Source: Pyrinomonadaceae bacterium (GTDB taxonomy: Bacteria > Acidobacteriota > Blastocatellia > Pyrinomonadales > Pyrinomonadaceae). From it: DNA of 64,000 bases. The translations under genes were made by a program, and so were the position numbers. The stretch is from contig DASVUF010000006.1 in NCBI GenBank assembly GCA_036387195.1, positions 294 through 64,293 of the forward strand, in the 5' to 3' direction. This document shows, piece by piece, positions 25,104 through 34,046 of this stretch. The notes below the pieces were generated by a model. That model did not search any database, was not told where the DNA came from, and saw only the letters and a list, made by a program, of their open reading frames with translations. Positions within the stretch are counted from its first letter, which is position 1. Each line of letters starts with the position of its first letter.

Positions 25104-27806
25104 ATGGCAGAGCAAGCGAATGACGTGACGGCGGGGGCGGCGACTGCGGCGGCGGGCGGCCCGCCGCCGCAGCATCTCCTGCCGCTGGAGGAAGGGCAGT
25201 GGGCAATCTGGCGGCTGACGTGCCTGCGCGGCGCGGGCTTCCCCGCCTCGCTGGTGCTCAGGCTGGCGGCCCCCGAGTGCGCCGCCGCCGCGGACCGGGT
25301 GGCCGAGGCCGCGGCCTCGGCCGAGCGCGCCCGGCTCCGCGCCTCGGAGTCCATCAAACTCGCGCTGACGGACATCCGCCGCCGCGGCGAGTGGACGACG
25401 AGCCCCGCCCTCGACCCGCTCCTGCGCGCCCTCAAGCGGGTGAAGGCGGGGGAACCGCCGCGGCCGACGGGCGAGGCGGCGGCCGACGCCGCGGTCGAGG
25501 AGTGGCGCGCCGCGGCCGCCCGGGTGGTCGCGGCGCGGGCCGACTACGCACGCTCGTACGCGGAGGCGGCCGCCCTCACCTCGCAGTCGCTCCGCGAGGT
25601 AATTGCCGACGAATCGTTCCAGGAGGCCGTCATCTGGCAGAACCGGCACGCCTTTAACCGCATCAAGCAATCGCTCTGGAAGGCCCCGGCCGGCGCGCGC
25701 AACAGCAGCCGGCGCCAGAACGAGGAGTTAATCACCAACTACCTCCAGCGTTACTGCGTCAAGAACGACACCATCGGCTTCTTCGGCCCCGTCGGCTGGG
25801 CGCGCTTCGTCCCGTCCGGCGAGGCGCTCGTCGTGCGCCCCGGCGAGCGCCTCCTGGCCTCGCGCAGCGTCTACTTCGAGGGGTGGTGTGTTGACGCGCT
25901 GGCCGAGGCTTTGAATGGCGACGGCGCCCTGCGGCCGTGGCTCGCGCCGCGCCGGCTACCCTTCATCGGCCTCGACGGCGGCGTCATGACCCTGCCCGGC
26001 GGCGCCTCGCTCCCCCTGCCTGCGAAGGACGCGGCCGTCCTCGCCGCCTGCGACGGGCTGCGGACGGCCAGAGAGTTGGCCGCCGGGTTGTTGGGCGCCG
26101 GCGTGGGCGGGCTCGGGACGGAGGAGGAGGTCTACCGGCTGCTGGACGCCTACTGCAAGCGCGGCGTCCTCGTGTGGAAGCTCGAAGTCCCCGTCCAGCA
26201 GAGGGCCGAACGGACGCTGCGCGGGCTGATCGAGAAGGTCGGCGACGAGCGCCTGCGCCGCAGGGGCCTCGGCCTGCTGGACGAACTTGAAGCGGCCCGC
26301 GGCCACGTCTCCTCGGCCGCCGGCGACCCTGAACGGCTGAACCGCGAGCTGAACCACCTGGAAGAGACTTTCAGCCGCCTGACCGGCGCGGCCGCGACGA
26401 GGGCGGCGGGCCAGACCTACGCGGCGCGCACGCTCGCCTACGAAGACTGCCGGCGCGACATCGAGGTTCAAATCGGGCCCGAGGTCTTGGCGGCGCTCGC
26501 GCCGCCGCTCTCCCTGCTGCTGCAAAGCGCGCGCTGGATTTCGCACGAGCTGGCCGGGATGTACCGCGCCGCCTTCCGCGCGGTTTACGCCGAGCTGGCC
26601 GCAAAGCGGCGCTCCCCGGTCGTCCCCGCCGCCGACTTCTGGGTCAAGTGCGACCCCCTGCTGTTCAAGGAGGGCGTGCGAATCGCCGACCGCGTGACGC
26701 CGCTCTTCCAGCAACGCTGGGCGGAGGTGCTGGCGCTCGAACCCGGCGCCCGCCGCGCCGACTTCACCTGCGAGCAACTGCGCCCGCGCGTCGAGGCCGC
26801 CTTCGCCGCGCCCGCCCCCGGCTGGAGCCACGCGCGTTACCACAGCCCCGACGTGATGATAGCCGCCCCGAGCGCCGAGGCCGTCCGGCGCGGCGACTTC
26901 CACCTCGTCATCGGCGAACTGCACCTCGGCGTGAACTCCCTGAACGGCTCGCTGTTCCTCGGGCAGCACCCGCGCCCCGAGGAGATTTACGAGGCCATCA
27001 CGGCGGACTTCGCCGGGCCGCGCATCGTGCCCGTGCCGCCGAAGAGCTGGCCCACGCTGACGGCCCGCACCGTCTTCGAGTTCATCTCGCCCCTCAACTA
27101 CAGGCTCATGATTTCGCCCGACGCGTGCGGCGTCCCGCCCTCCCGCGCGCTGCCCATCAGCGACCTGGTGGTCGAAAACCAGGGCGGCCAACTCGTCTTG
27201 AGGACGCGCGACGGGCGGCTCCGCTACGAGGTCGTGGAGGGCTTCGGCGAGTTCCTGTCGAGCCTCATCATCAACTTCTTCCAACTGTCGCCGCCGCTGC
27301 GCCACACGCCGCGCGTCACCATTGACCGGGTGACCGTCAGCCGCGAGTCGTGGCGCTTCCCGCCTGCCGAACTCGCCTTCGCCAATGAGGCGGACGAGGC
27401 GGCGCGCTTCGCGGCCGCGCGCCGGTGGCAGCGCGGCCACGACCTGCCGCGCTTCCTGTTCGCCAAGACGCCCGTCGAGCGCAAGCCCTTCTACGTTGAC
27501 ATGGAGAGCCCGACCCTCGTCAACATCTTCGCCCGGTTCGTGCGGCGCTCGGCGGAGGCGGGCGGGGCGGACGCCCTCATCACCCTTTCGGAGATGCTCC
27601 CGGCGCAGGAAGACCTCTGGCTGCCGGACGCCGAGGGGCGCCGTTACACCAGCGAGCTGCGCATGGTGACCCTCGACCTCTCCACGGCCCCGGGCGAACA
27701 ACAGGCCGCGGCCGCGTCGCAAAAAACAACTCGTCCGGATGGCCGCCCGGCGCCGCTCGCGGCGCCGCAACCCGCGAAAGTTTCTGACGACTTTCGGCGA
27801 GCTTAA
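25104..27806 (+). CDS. Lantibiotic-dehydratase (LanB) N-terminal/glutamylation-domain family protein lacking the elimination domain (small-LanB / PEARL-like)
   Basis: 'WAIWRLTCLRGAGFP', 'FQEAVIWQNRHAF', 'NYLQRYCVKNDTIGFFGPVGWARF', and C-terminal 'PRVTIDRVTVSRESWRFP...LPRFLFAKTPVERKPFYVDMESPTLV'. The ORF ends about 60 aa after that segment. GGGGGAGGA RBS lies upstream of ATG 25104. Confidence 0.6.
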   Translation: MAEQANDVTAGAATAAAGGPPPQHLLPLEEGQWAIWRLTCLRGAGFPASLVLRLAAPECAAAADRVAEAAASAERARLRASESIKLALTDIRRRGEWTTSPALDPLLRALKRVKAGEPPRPTGEAAADAAVEEWRAAAARVVAARADYARSYAEAAALTSQSLREVIADESFQEAVIWQNRHAFNRIKQSLWKAPAGARNSSRRQNEELITNYLQRYCVKNDTIGFFGPVGWARFVPSGEALVVRPGERLLASRSVYFEGWCVDALAEALNGDGALRPWLAPRRLPFIGLDGGVMTLPGGASLPLPAKDAAVLAACDGLRTARELAAGLLGAGVGGLGTEEEVYRLLDAYCKRGVLVWKLEVPVQQRAERTLRGLIEKVGDERLRRRGLGLLDELEAARGHVSSAAGDPERLNRELNHLEETFSRLTGAAATRAAGQTYAARTLAYEDCRRDIEVQIGPEVLAALAPPLSLLLQSARWISHELAGMYRAAFRAVYAELAAKRRSPVVPAADFWVKCDPLLFKEGVRIADRVTPLFQQRWAEVLALEPGARRADFTCEQLRPRVEAAFAAPAPGWSHARYHSPDVMIAAPSAEAVRRGDFHLVIGELHLGVNSLNGSLFLGQHPRPEEIYEAITADFAGPRIVPVPPKSWPTLTARTVFEFISPLNYRLMISPDACGVPPSRALPISDLVVENQGGQLVLRTRDGRLRYEVVEGFGEFLSSLIINFFQLSPPLRHTPRVTIDRVTVSRESWRFPPAELAFANEADEAARFAAARRWQRGHDLPRFLFAKTPVERKPFYVDMESPTLVNIFARFVRRSAEAGGADALITLSEMLPAQEDLWLPDAEGRRYTSELRMVTLDLSTAPGEQQAAAASQKTTRPDGRPAPLAAPQPAKVSDDFRRA

Positions 27807-27837
27807 ACCGCTCCCGCGACAGAGGAAGTAACATCGT

Positions 27838-29691
27838 ATGTCAACCCGGAACGGCGCCCGCGTCGCCTCTCACGCCGCTTCGAGACTCGAACGGCTGCCG
27901 AAGAAATCAGGGCTTAACATAGTCGGAATTTCGACCGGCTATCATGATTCATCGTGCTGCCTGCTGCGGGACGGCCAGATGGTCGCCGCCGCGCAGGAGG
28001 AACGCTTCACGCGTGTGAAGAATGACAAGTCGCTCCCGAAGTGGGCGTTCCGTTATTGCCTTGAGGAGGCCGGGCTCACGATCTCTGACGTTGATTGCGT
28101 CGCCTACTACGAAGACCCGTGCCGCAAACTCGGCCGGCAGATATGGATGGGGATGATGCCCGGCCTGCCGGCGGAGAGGCGCGAGACGATATACGACCGG
28201 CTGGCGAGGACGCAGCCCCAGGAGCAGATACGCAAGCGGCTGGGCTACGAGGGGCGCATTGAAATCTCCGACCACCACCTCTCGCACGCCGCCAGCAGTT
28301 ACTACTTCTCGGGGTTCGGGGATGCGGCCGTCCTGACCGTAGATGGAGTCGGCGATTGGCCCACGACGAGCTACAACGTGGGCCGGGGGGCGCGCCTGGA
28401 GCGTTTCGAGCAGGTCGATTTCCCCGATTCGTTGGGCCTGTTCTACAGCGCCGTGACCAGCTACCTCGGCTTCGAGGTCAACGAAGGCGAGTACAAGGTG
28501 ATGGGGCTCGCGCCCTACGGCCAACCGCTCTACGCCAGGCAGCTCGGGAAGCTGGTGCAGGTGACCTCGGAAGGCCAATACCGCCTCGACATGAAGTATT
28601 TCGCCTTCCTCACGAAAGATTTGATGTACACGGAACACCTCTGTTCCCTGCTCGGGCAGCCGCCGCGAGAGCCGGAGTCAGAGATTACGCAGTTCCACAG
28701 CGACGTGGCGAAAAGCGCGCAGGTCGTGTTGGAGGAGATTCTTCTGGAAAAAACCCGCTACCTCCACAGCAAAGTCCCGAGTGAGAACCTCTGCATGGCG
28801 GGCGGCGTGGCTTTGAATGTGGTGGCCAACAGTCGGTGTTTGAGGGAGGGGCCGTTCAAGCGTCTGTTCGTGCAACCCGCCGCAGGCGACGCCGGCGGGG
28901 CCGTGGGGGCGGCCGCCATCGCGCACGTACGACTCACGGGGGAGGCGCCGACCGGCAAACAACAGGACCACGTCTACCTGGGCCCGGCTTTATCTTCCGC
29001 GGAAGTCCTTCAAATCTTGAAAAGCACCTCGGCCAAGTATCAGGATTTCCGCGGACGGGAAGAGGAGCTGATAGGCTTCACGGTTGACCGACTGGCCGAA
29101 GGGAAAGTAATCGGGTGGGCGCAGGGGCGCATGGAATTCGGCCCCCGGGCGCTCGGCTCTAGGTCTATCCTGGCCGACCCGCGCCGCCATGACATGAGAG
29201 ACAGGATTAACGCGCTGGTCAAGATGCGCGAGGCTTTCCGCCCCTTCGCCCCCGCCGTTCTGGAATCTGAGGCCGCCGGGCATTTCGCCCTGGATCACCC
29301 TTCGCCGTTCATGCTCGAAACCTGCCAGGTGACTTCGCCCGTCGAGCTGCCGGCCATAACGCATGTTGACGGCTCAGCGCGGGTGCAGACGGTGAGCGCC
29401 GAAACGAACCCACGGTTCGCCGCGCTGCTTGAGGAGTTCAAGCGGCGCACCGGGTGTCCCATTCTACTCAACACCTCCTTCAACATGCGCGGCGAGCCCA
29501 TCGTGTGCAACGCGGTCGACGCGCTGATATGTTTCGTCAGGTCCAACATTGACTTCCTCGTCATCGAGGACTTCATTATTGGGCGCGCAGGCATTCCGAT
29601 CTTGTGGGAGATTCTGGCCACACAGGGGGGCCAGAAACATAAGCTCGGCGAGGGCGAGGAGGTAGGCCACCTCGTCTACACTCTGCTGTAG
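27838..29691 (+). CDS. NodU/CmcH/TobZ-family carbamoyltransferase
   Basis: 'NIVGISTGYHDSSCCLLRDGQMVAAAQEERFTRVKNDKSLP', 'LTVDGVGDW', 'CMAGGVALN', 'FVQPAAGDAGGAVGAA', 'GRMEFGPRALGSRSILADPR', 'LLNTSFNMRGEPIV'. Confidence 0.9.
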   Translation: MSTRNGARVASHAASRLERLPKKSGLNIVGISTGYHDSSCCLLRDGQMVAAAQEERFTRVKNDKSLPKWAFRYCLEEAGLTISDVDCVAYYEDPCRKLGRQIWMGMMPGLPAERRETIYDRLARTQPQEQIRKRLGYEGRIEISDHHLSHAASSYYFSGFGDAAVLTVDGVGDWPTTSYNVGRGARLERFEQVDFPDSLGLFYSAVTSYLGFEVNEGEYKVMGLAPYGQPLYARQLGKLVQVTSEGQYRLDMKYFAFLTKDLMYTEHLCSLLGQPPREPESEITQFHSDVAKSAQVVLEEILLEKTRYLHSKVPSENLCMAGGVALNVVANSRCLREGPFKRLFVQPAAGDAGGAVGAAAIAHVRLTGEAPTGKQQDHVYLGPALSSAEVLQILKSTSAKYQDFRGREEELIGFTVDRLAEGKVIGWAQGRMEFGPRALGSRSILADPRRHDMRDRINALVKMREAFRPFAPAVLESEAAGHFALDHPSPFMLETCQVTSPVELPAITHVDGSARVQTVSAETNPRFAALLEEFKRRTGCPILLNTSFNMRGEPIVCNAVDALICFVRSNIDFLVIEDFIIGRAGIPILWEILATQGGQKHKLGEGEEVGHLVYTLL

Positions 29692-29713
29692 GGGCAGTAA
29701 GGAGACACGCCGC

Positions 29714-31894
29714 ATGGAACGCCCGCCAGAATTGCTCAAAGATGTCGCCGACCGGCTGGCCCGCGCCGTCGTCACGGAGGACGGCGCGCAAGTGACCCGC
29801 CTCCTGCGGCTCGCCGGGCTACTCGGGGACCCTTCGAGTCCCGCTCCCGAGCGGTCGCTGACTGACAATATCGGCGGCCGCGAAGGGGCGGGCGAGGCGC
29901 CCGCCGAATCGCCCTCCCCACCCCGAATCGGAATCTGGGAAGGAGAGCAGGTGAACGGCCGGACCTGTTTCGTCCGCCGCCAGGACATGATGGGAGAGTG
30001 GAGCTTCTGGGCGAACGTCGGGCGGATAGAGCCGAAAGGGGACAGACTCCGCATCCTCCTCCTCGGCGAGTCTGTCGCCCGCGGCTATCTTTACGACCCG
30101 TTGTTCAACATGGCCGGCGCGCTGGAGGAGGTCCTCCAATCCCAGCTCGGTGAGGATAACGTCGAGGTCATTGACCTGGCCCGTACGAACCTCGGCCTTG
30201 ACCTGACGGAACTCGCCAGGTCCGCCCTGCTTCTTGAGCCGGACGCGGCCATCATCTTTGCCGGAAACAACTGGAGCGTCCGTTACTACGGCCCGCACCC
30301 ATACGAGCGGGCGGCGCTGGATGCGCAGATACGCAGGCAGGGCGTGCCCGGGTTAAAGCGCGGCTTCGAAGAGCGTCTGGCGGAGCAAGCCAGGAGCGGG
30401 GTCAAAGAGATAGCCTCTCTTTATCAAGCCGAGGGGACGCCGCTGGTCTGGATGGTCCCGGAATTCAACCTCGGCGACTGGCGCGACCCGGTGGCCATCG
30501 CGCCTCACCTGTCGCGGGGAGGCAACCGGGAGTGGCTCGCCCTTTGGGACGGCGCTCGCGACGCCCTGCGCGATGGCGACTTCGAGACGGCCGCGGACCT
30601 GGCGAAGCAGATGGTTCAGCTTGACGGCGGGACCACGGCCACGGGTTTGTACATCCTGGCCGAGTGCAGTCAACAACTGGGCGACCCGGTCGCGGGCAGG
30701 CGCTACCTCGAACTGGCCCGGGACGCGACGATCTGGGACTGCTCCCGCGCCATCTCGCCGAGGCCGTACACCGTGACGCAGGAAGTTCTGCGCGAGGAGG
30801 CGGTAAGGAGCCGGAATGAGGTCGTGGATGTGCCTGAGGTTTTCAAAGAATACCTGGACGGGGGCATCCCTGACCGCCGCCTGTTCCTGGACTACTGCCA
30901 CCTAACGTCCGAGGGGATTCGAGTCGCCGCGGCGGCCGCCGCCTCTCGCGTGCTGCGCTTGCTTGAGGGGGTGGACATCCACTGGCGCGAGCTAGTGGAC
31001 AGGAGTGTAGCGCCGCCCCCTGAGGTGGAGGCGGAGGCGTCTTTCCTGGCCGCCGTACACAACGCGCACTGGGCGCAGCCCTTCGACGTGGTCCGCCACT
31101 ACTGTCTGAGGGCTGTCGAGTTGTCGCCGTCCGTCGCGCAAATCATGGTCCGTTTCCTTGACCTCCAGACCCGGAGTGCTCCGCTGATGATGTGCCGGTC
31201 GGCGGAAGAGATCGCCATGTGGGGGTCGGAGCTGATGCAGCACTACCTTCTTCACCATAACCGCCAGCAGTTAGACAAGACCCTCCTTGACGCCGTGGTC
31301 GGGGCACTGGAGGGGGCGGGCATCAACGCCGGCGGCCAACTCGCTCAGCTCCGCCGGGAAGAACACAGCGTGGCGTCGCGCGACGTCAACCTGCTGGATT
31401 ACTACTACGTGTCGTCCGCGCGCCAGGCGCAGGAAGAGACATGGCTGATACCTCAACTGCAAAAGTTGAATGAGGCGAAGAATTACTACACCGCCTATTT
31501 GCGCGAATCCAGGTTTTTCTTTGTCGGCGATGCGAACCGCCCCGTGCGGCTGCGCCTCACCTGCCGTCTGCCTGAGTCGGAGAGTGACGAGGGGGCCATC
31601 TCAATTGAGGTGAACGGCGGCCGCGTCGGGGACGCGGTCATCGGCCGCCAATGGAGCGCCTGGGAGATCGAAGTGGCCGGCGGCGAGGTGCGCGACGGCC
31701 TGAACGAAGTAGTCATCCGCTGGCCGACGCCGGCATTCCCCGGTGACAAGCTGTTCGAGTCCCTGATTGAACGCGTAACCGACAAATCCCTGCCGGAGTT
31801 CTTCTGCCCGTTCGGTGAAATATATGCCTTCTCGGCGTCGGACGCGGGCGACGGCTCTGACGTGATGAAGCAGCCGTCCCCGGCCGGACATTGA
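29714..31894 (+). CDS. SGNH/GDSL-fold hydrolase-like protein with a large C-terminal extension of unknown function
   Basis: Block I 'RILLLGESVARG', block III 'IIFAGNNW', block V 'LDYCHLTSEG' (D-x-x-H). The last ~300 aa have no motif I recognise. Confidence 0.5.
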   Translation: MERPPELLKDVADRLARAVVTEDGAQVTRLLRLAGLLGDPSSPAPERSLTDNIGGREGAGEAPAESPSPPRIGIWEGEQVNGRTCFVRRQDMMGEWSFWANVGRIEPKGDRLRILLLGESVARGYLYDPLFNMAGALEEVLQSQLGEDNVEVIDLARTNLGLDLTELARSALLLEPDAAIIFAGNNWSVRYYGPHPYERAALDAQIRRQGVPGLKRGFEERLAEQARSGVKEIASLYQAEGTPLVWMVPEFNLGDWRDPVAIAPHLSRGGNREWLALWDGARDALRDGDFETAADLAKQMVQLDGGTTATGLYILAECSQQLGDPVAGRRYLELARDATIWDCSRAISPRPYTVTQEVLREEAVRSRNEVVDVPEVFKEYLDGGIPDRRLFLDYCHLTSEGIRVAAAAAASRVLRLLEGVDIHWRELVDRSVAPPPEVEAEASFLAAVHNAHWAQPFDVVRHYCLRAVELSPSVAQIMVRFLDLQTRSAPLMMCRSAEEIAMWGSELMQHYLLHHNRQQLDKTLLDAVVGALEGAGINAGGQLAQLRREEHSVASRDVNLLDYYYVSSARQAQEETWLIPQLQKLNEAKNYYTAYLRESRFFFVGDANRPVRLRLTCRLPESESDEGAISIEVNGGRVGDAVIGRQWSAWEIEVAGGEVRDGLNEVVIRWPTPAFPGDKLFESLIERVTDKSLPEFFCPFGEIYAFSASDAGDGSDVMKQPSPAGH

Positions 31895-32031
31895 GGCGCG
31901 CACGAAAGTCCTGACGTTGTGAGGCCGGCGCCTCCGGTTCGAACGTCCGAAGGGGCTTGCCGCGCCCGCACGTTACGCTCGTCGTGGGGCGAGGCGGGGG
32001 GCAAGTCTCATTCCGGCTCGCGGCGCGATGA

Positions 32032-33282
32032 CTATAAGACGTTCATCAGGCGTCGAAAGCTCTCGCGCTTTCTCAAGAGCAGGCCGACCAGGCGGGCGAG
32101 CTCGGGCGGGGGCGTCAACTCGTCCACGAAGCGGTAGCGGAAGAGAGTCTCGCGGCAGTCGGCCGTGTCGCGGAAGAGGATGTCCTGCGTGAAGTTGCCC
32201 CAGCGCTCCGGCCCGATGAGTTCGACCACCCCGCCGGCGTGCGCCGACGGCAGCAGCATGTTCGAGCCGTGGACGCCGACGACGACGTGGCTCGCGGCGT
32301 AACGCTCGCACCAGCCGCGTTCGGCGGCGGCGTCGAGCGCCGTGAGCCTCAGGTCCTTGACCCACTCCGGCAGCGCCCCCCGCCCCCCGCCCCCCGCAAG
32401 CCCGGCGACCGCGAAATCGAGCGAAGGCGAGTCGCGCCTGAGCGCCTCGGCCAACCCGGACACCAACTCGGATTGCCCCGCTCGCGGCCGGGACTTAGAG
32501 GTGATGAATTGACCGGCGCGTCCGAGCCGGGTGGACGGCGCGGCGCCGGCCGGGGCGCGCCAAGGCCGGTCGTCGCGCCAGACGAACGTCACCGTCGGCC
32601 GCCCGAGGCGCGCGTCCCACTCGCCGAGCGGGAAGGGTTTGACGCGCGTGAAGCGTTCGATGTCGAACTCGTCGGGCCGCGGGTGCGAGAGCGCCTGACC
32701 GAGACTCACCCGGTCGAACGCCTCTACGCGGCGGCGGACTTCGCGCGCGAGCCAATCGTTCCACTCGGTCCCGCGCCGCAGCGGCAGGCCGACGCTCCAC
32801 ACCTGCGCGACGCCGTCCGGCGCCATCCAGGCGAGGGGCGTCGGAACCATCACTATGAGGTCAACGTCCGCGCGCCGGTCGAGATAGTACTGGGCGTTGA
32901 GCAGCTTGAGGAGCGAGTGGCCGTAGAGCGTGTCGAGACAGTTGAGGAGCACGACGGGCCGCGTGATGGGGCTATGCTCGCGCACGTCGAAGGGGACGGG
33001 GGCGTCCGAGCGCCGGGAGTATGACTCGCGCAGCCAGCCGGCGAACCACTCGACGCCGTGCGGGTCGTGTACGGCGCCCGTCGCCTTCTCCAGAAGCATC
33101 GGCGTGTAGAGCGCCTGCCCCGCGGCGAGGTCGCCGTAGAACTCTCGCCCGCAGCGCCCGCACAGCAGGTCCGCGAGGTTGCGCATGCCGGGGACGAGCC
33201 AACCCCTGACGCCCAGCCGCACGCGGCAGTAGGGGCACTCGTGGCCGGCGTCCGCGTCGGGGTGAAGCGGCGTGGCCCTCAT
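32032..33282 (-). CDS. Hypothetical protein with an N-terminal Cys4 zinc ribbon; possible GT-B (GT9-like) fold
   Basis: 'CPYCRV...CGRCG' at the N-terminus. The C-terminal 'VVGVHGSNMLLPSAHAGGVVELIGP' resembles the GT9 'DSGxMHLA' region only loosely. Its ATG overlaps the upstream gene's stop (ATGA at 33279-33282). Confidence 0.6.
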   Translation of the reverse strand: MRATPLHPDADAGHECPYCRVRLGVRGWLVPGMRNLADLLCGRCGREFYGDLAAGQALYTPMLLEKATGAVHDPHGVEWFAGWLRESYSRRSDAPVPFDVREHSPITRPVVLLNCLDTLYGHSLLKLLNAQYYLDRRADVDLIVMVPTPLAWMAPDGVAQVWSVGLPLRRGTEWNDWLAREVRRRVEAFDRVSLGQALSHPRPDEFDIERFTRVKPFPLGEWDARLGRPTVTFVWRDDRPWRAPAGAAPSTRLGRAGQFITSKSRPRAGQSELVSGLAEALRRDSPSLDFAVAGLAGGGGRGALPEWVKDLRLTALDAAAERGWCERYAASHVVVGVHGSNMLLPSAHAGGVVELIGPERWGNFTQDILFRDTADCRETLFRYRFVDELTPPPELARLVGLLLRKRESFRRLMNVL

Positions 33283-34046
33283 AAGAGTTTCGCGCCCGCG
33301 GGCGCCGCCACGTGCATGGAGTAACGGGCCGTCCGCGCGCTTCCGCCGCCGGGGAAGGGCGGGTCGCCGGCGACGATGTTGCGCAGCTCGTACCCGGCGT
33401 CTCGCAGGTAAGCCTCGATGCGTTCGGGGCTGTTGCCCATGTCGAAGGTGGTCTGGCCGAACTCGAACGTCACGCGGCGGACGCGCCGCTCGCTGAGCAG
33501 CCGCCGGGCGCCGAGGAGGACCTGGAACTCCGCGCCCTCTACGTCAACCTTCAGCAGGTCTATCTCGGCGACGCCGTTGCGCTCGCAGTAAAGGTCGAGG
33601 GTCGTCGCGGGCGCCTCTTCGACCCCTACCGGCTTAACGCCGATGCCGTAATCTTCCAGCGGGCGCGCGGCGCGCGTGGTCCAGCTCAGGTAGTCGCCGT
33701 CGTAGACGTGCAGGCTCACCGGCCCCTCCCCTTCGGCGAGCGCGAGGCGGTTGAGCCGCACGTTGCGGAGCGCGGCCGCGCGGCAGACCGCCCCCAACCG
33801 CTCGAACCCGCGGCCGGTCGGCTCGAAGGCGTGGACGCTCCCCGACGCGCCGACGGAGCGCGAGAAGAGCAGCGTCAGCTCGCCCACGTTCGCGCCCACG
33901 TCGAAGACCGTCATCCCTTCGCGCAGGGTTTGGAGGTAGAAGATGCGCTCGGCGCGCTCGACCTCGGCGAAAGAGGCCGGGGCGCGCGACGCCGCGCCGC
34001 GCGGGCGAAGCAGGCGCCGTAAGGCGGACGTGGCGCGGTCTTTCAT
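33279..34046 (-). CDS. FkbM-family SAM-dependent methyltransferase
   Basis: 'VFDVGANVGELTLLFSR...GSVHAFEPTG', 'IDLLKVDVEGAEFQVLLGA'. I chose ATG 34046 (MKDRATS); it forms an ATGA overlap with the upstream ABC gene's stop. The longer ORF to 34340 is Arg/Gly-rich and overlaps that gene. Confidence 0.8.
   Translation of the reverse strand: MKDRATSALRRLLRPRGAASRAPASFAEVERAERIFYLQTLREGMTVFDVGANVGELTLLFSRSVGASGSVHAFEPTGRGFERLGAVCRAAALRNVRLNRLALAEGEGPVSLHVYDGDYLSWTTRAARPLEDYGIGVKPVGVEEAPATTLDLYCERNGVAEIDLLKVDVEGAEFQVLLGARRLLSERRVRRVTFEFGQTTFDMGNSPERIEAYLRDAGYELRNIVAGDPPFPGGGSARTARYSMHVAAPAGAKLL

Noticed and set aside
21194-25435. A 1,413-aa minus-strand ORF, the longest non-NRPS ORF in the track.
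   Set aside because: It is antisense to the MFS, ADOP and LanB-like genes. Its translation is Arg/Gly/Asp/Ala-rich low complexity with no motif. The sense-strand genes have clear family signatures. This is a typical high-GC shadow ORF.
25104-31894. Interpreting this block as a class I lanthipeptide or thiopeptide RiPP cluster.
   Set aside because: The window has no elimination domain, LanC cyclase, YcaO/dehydrogenase, leader peptidase or visible precursor peptide. Only the LanB N-terminal-type fold is present.
31936-31944. A 'GGTTCGAAC' T-loop-like motif in the convergent intergenic region, considered as a possible tRNA or integration site.
   Set aside because: The flanking bases do not form a T-stem ('ctccg' vs 'cgtcc'). 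No acceptor or anticodon arms can be drawn.
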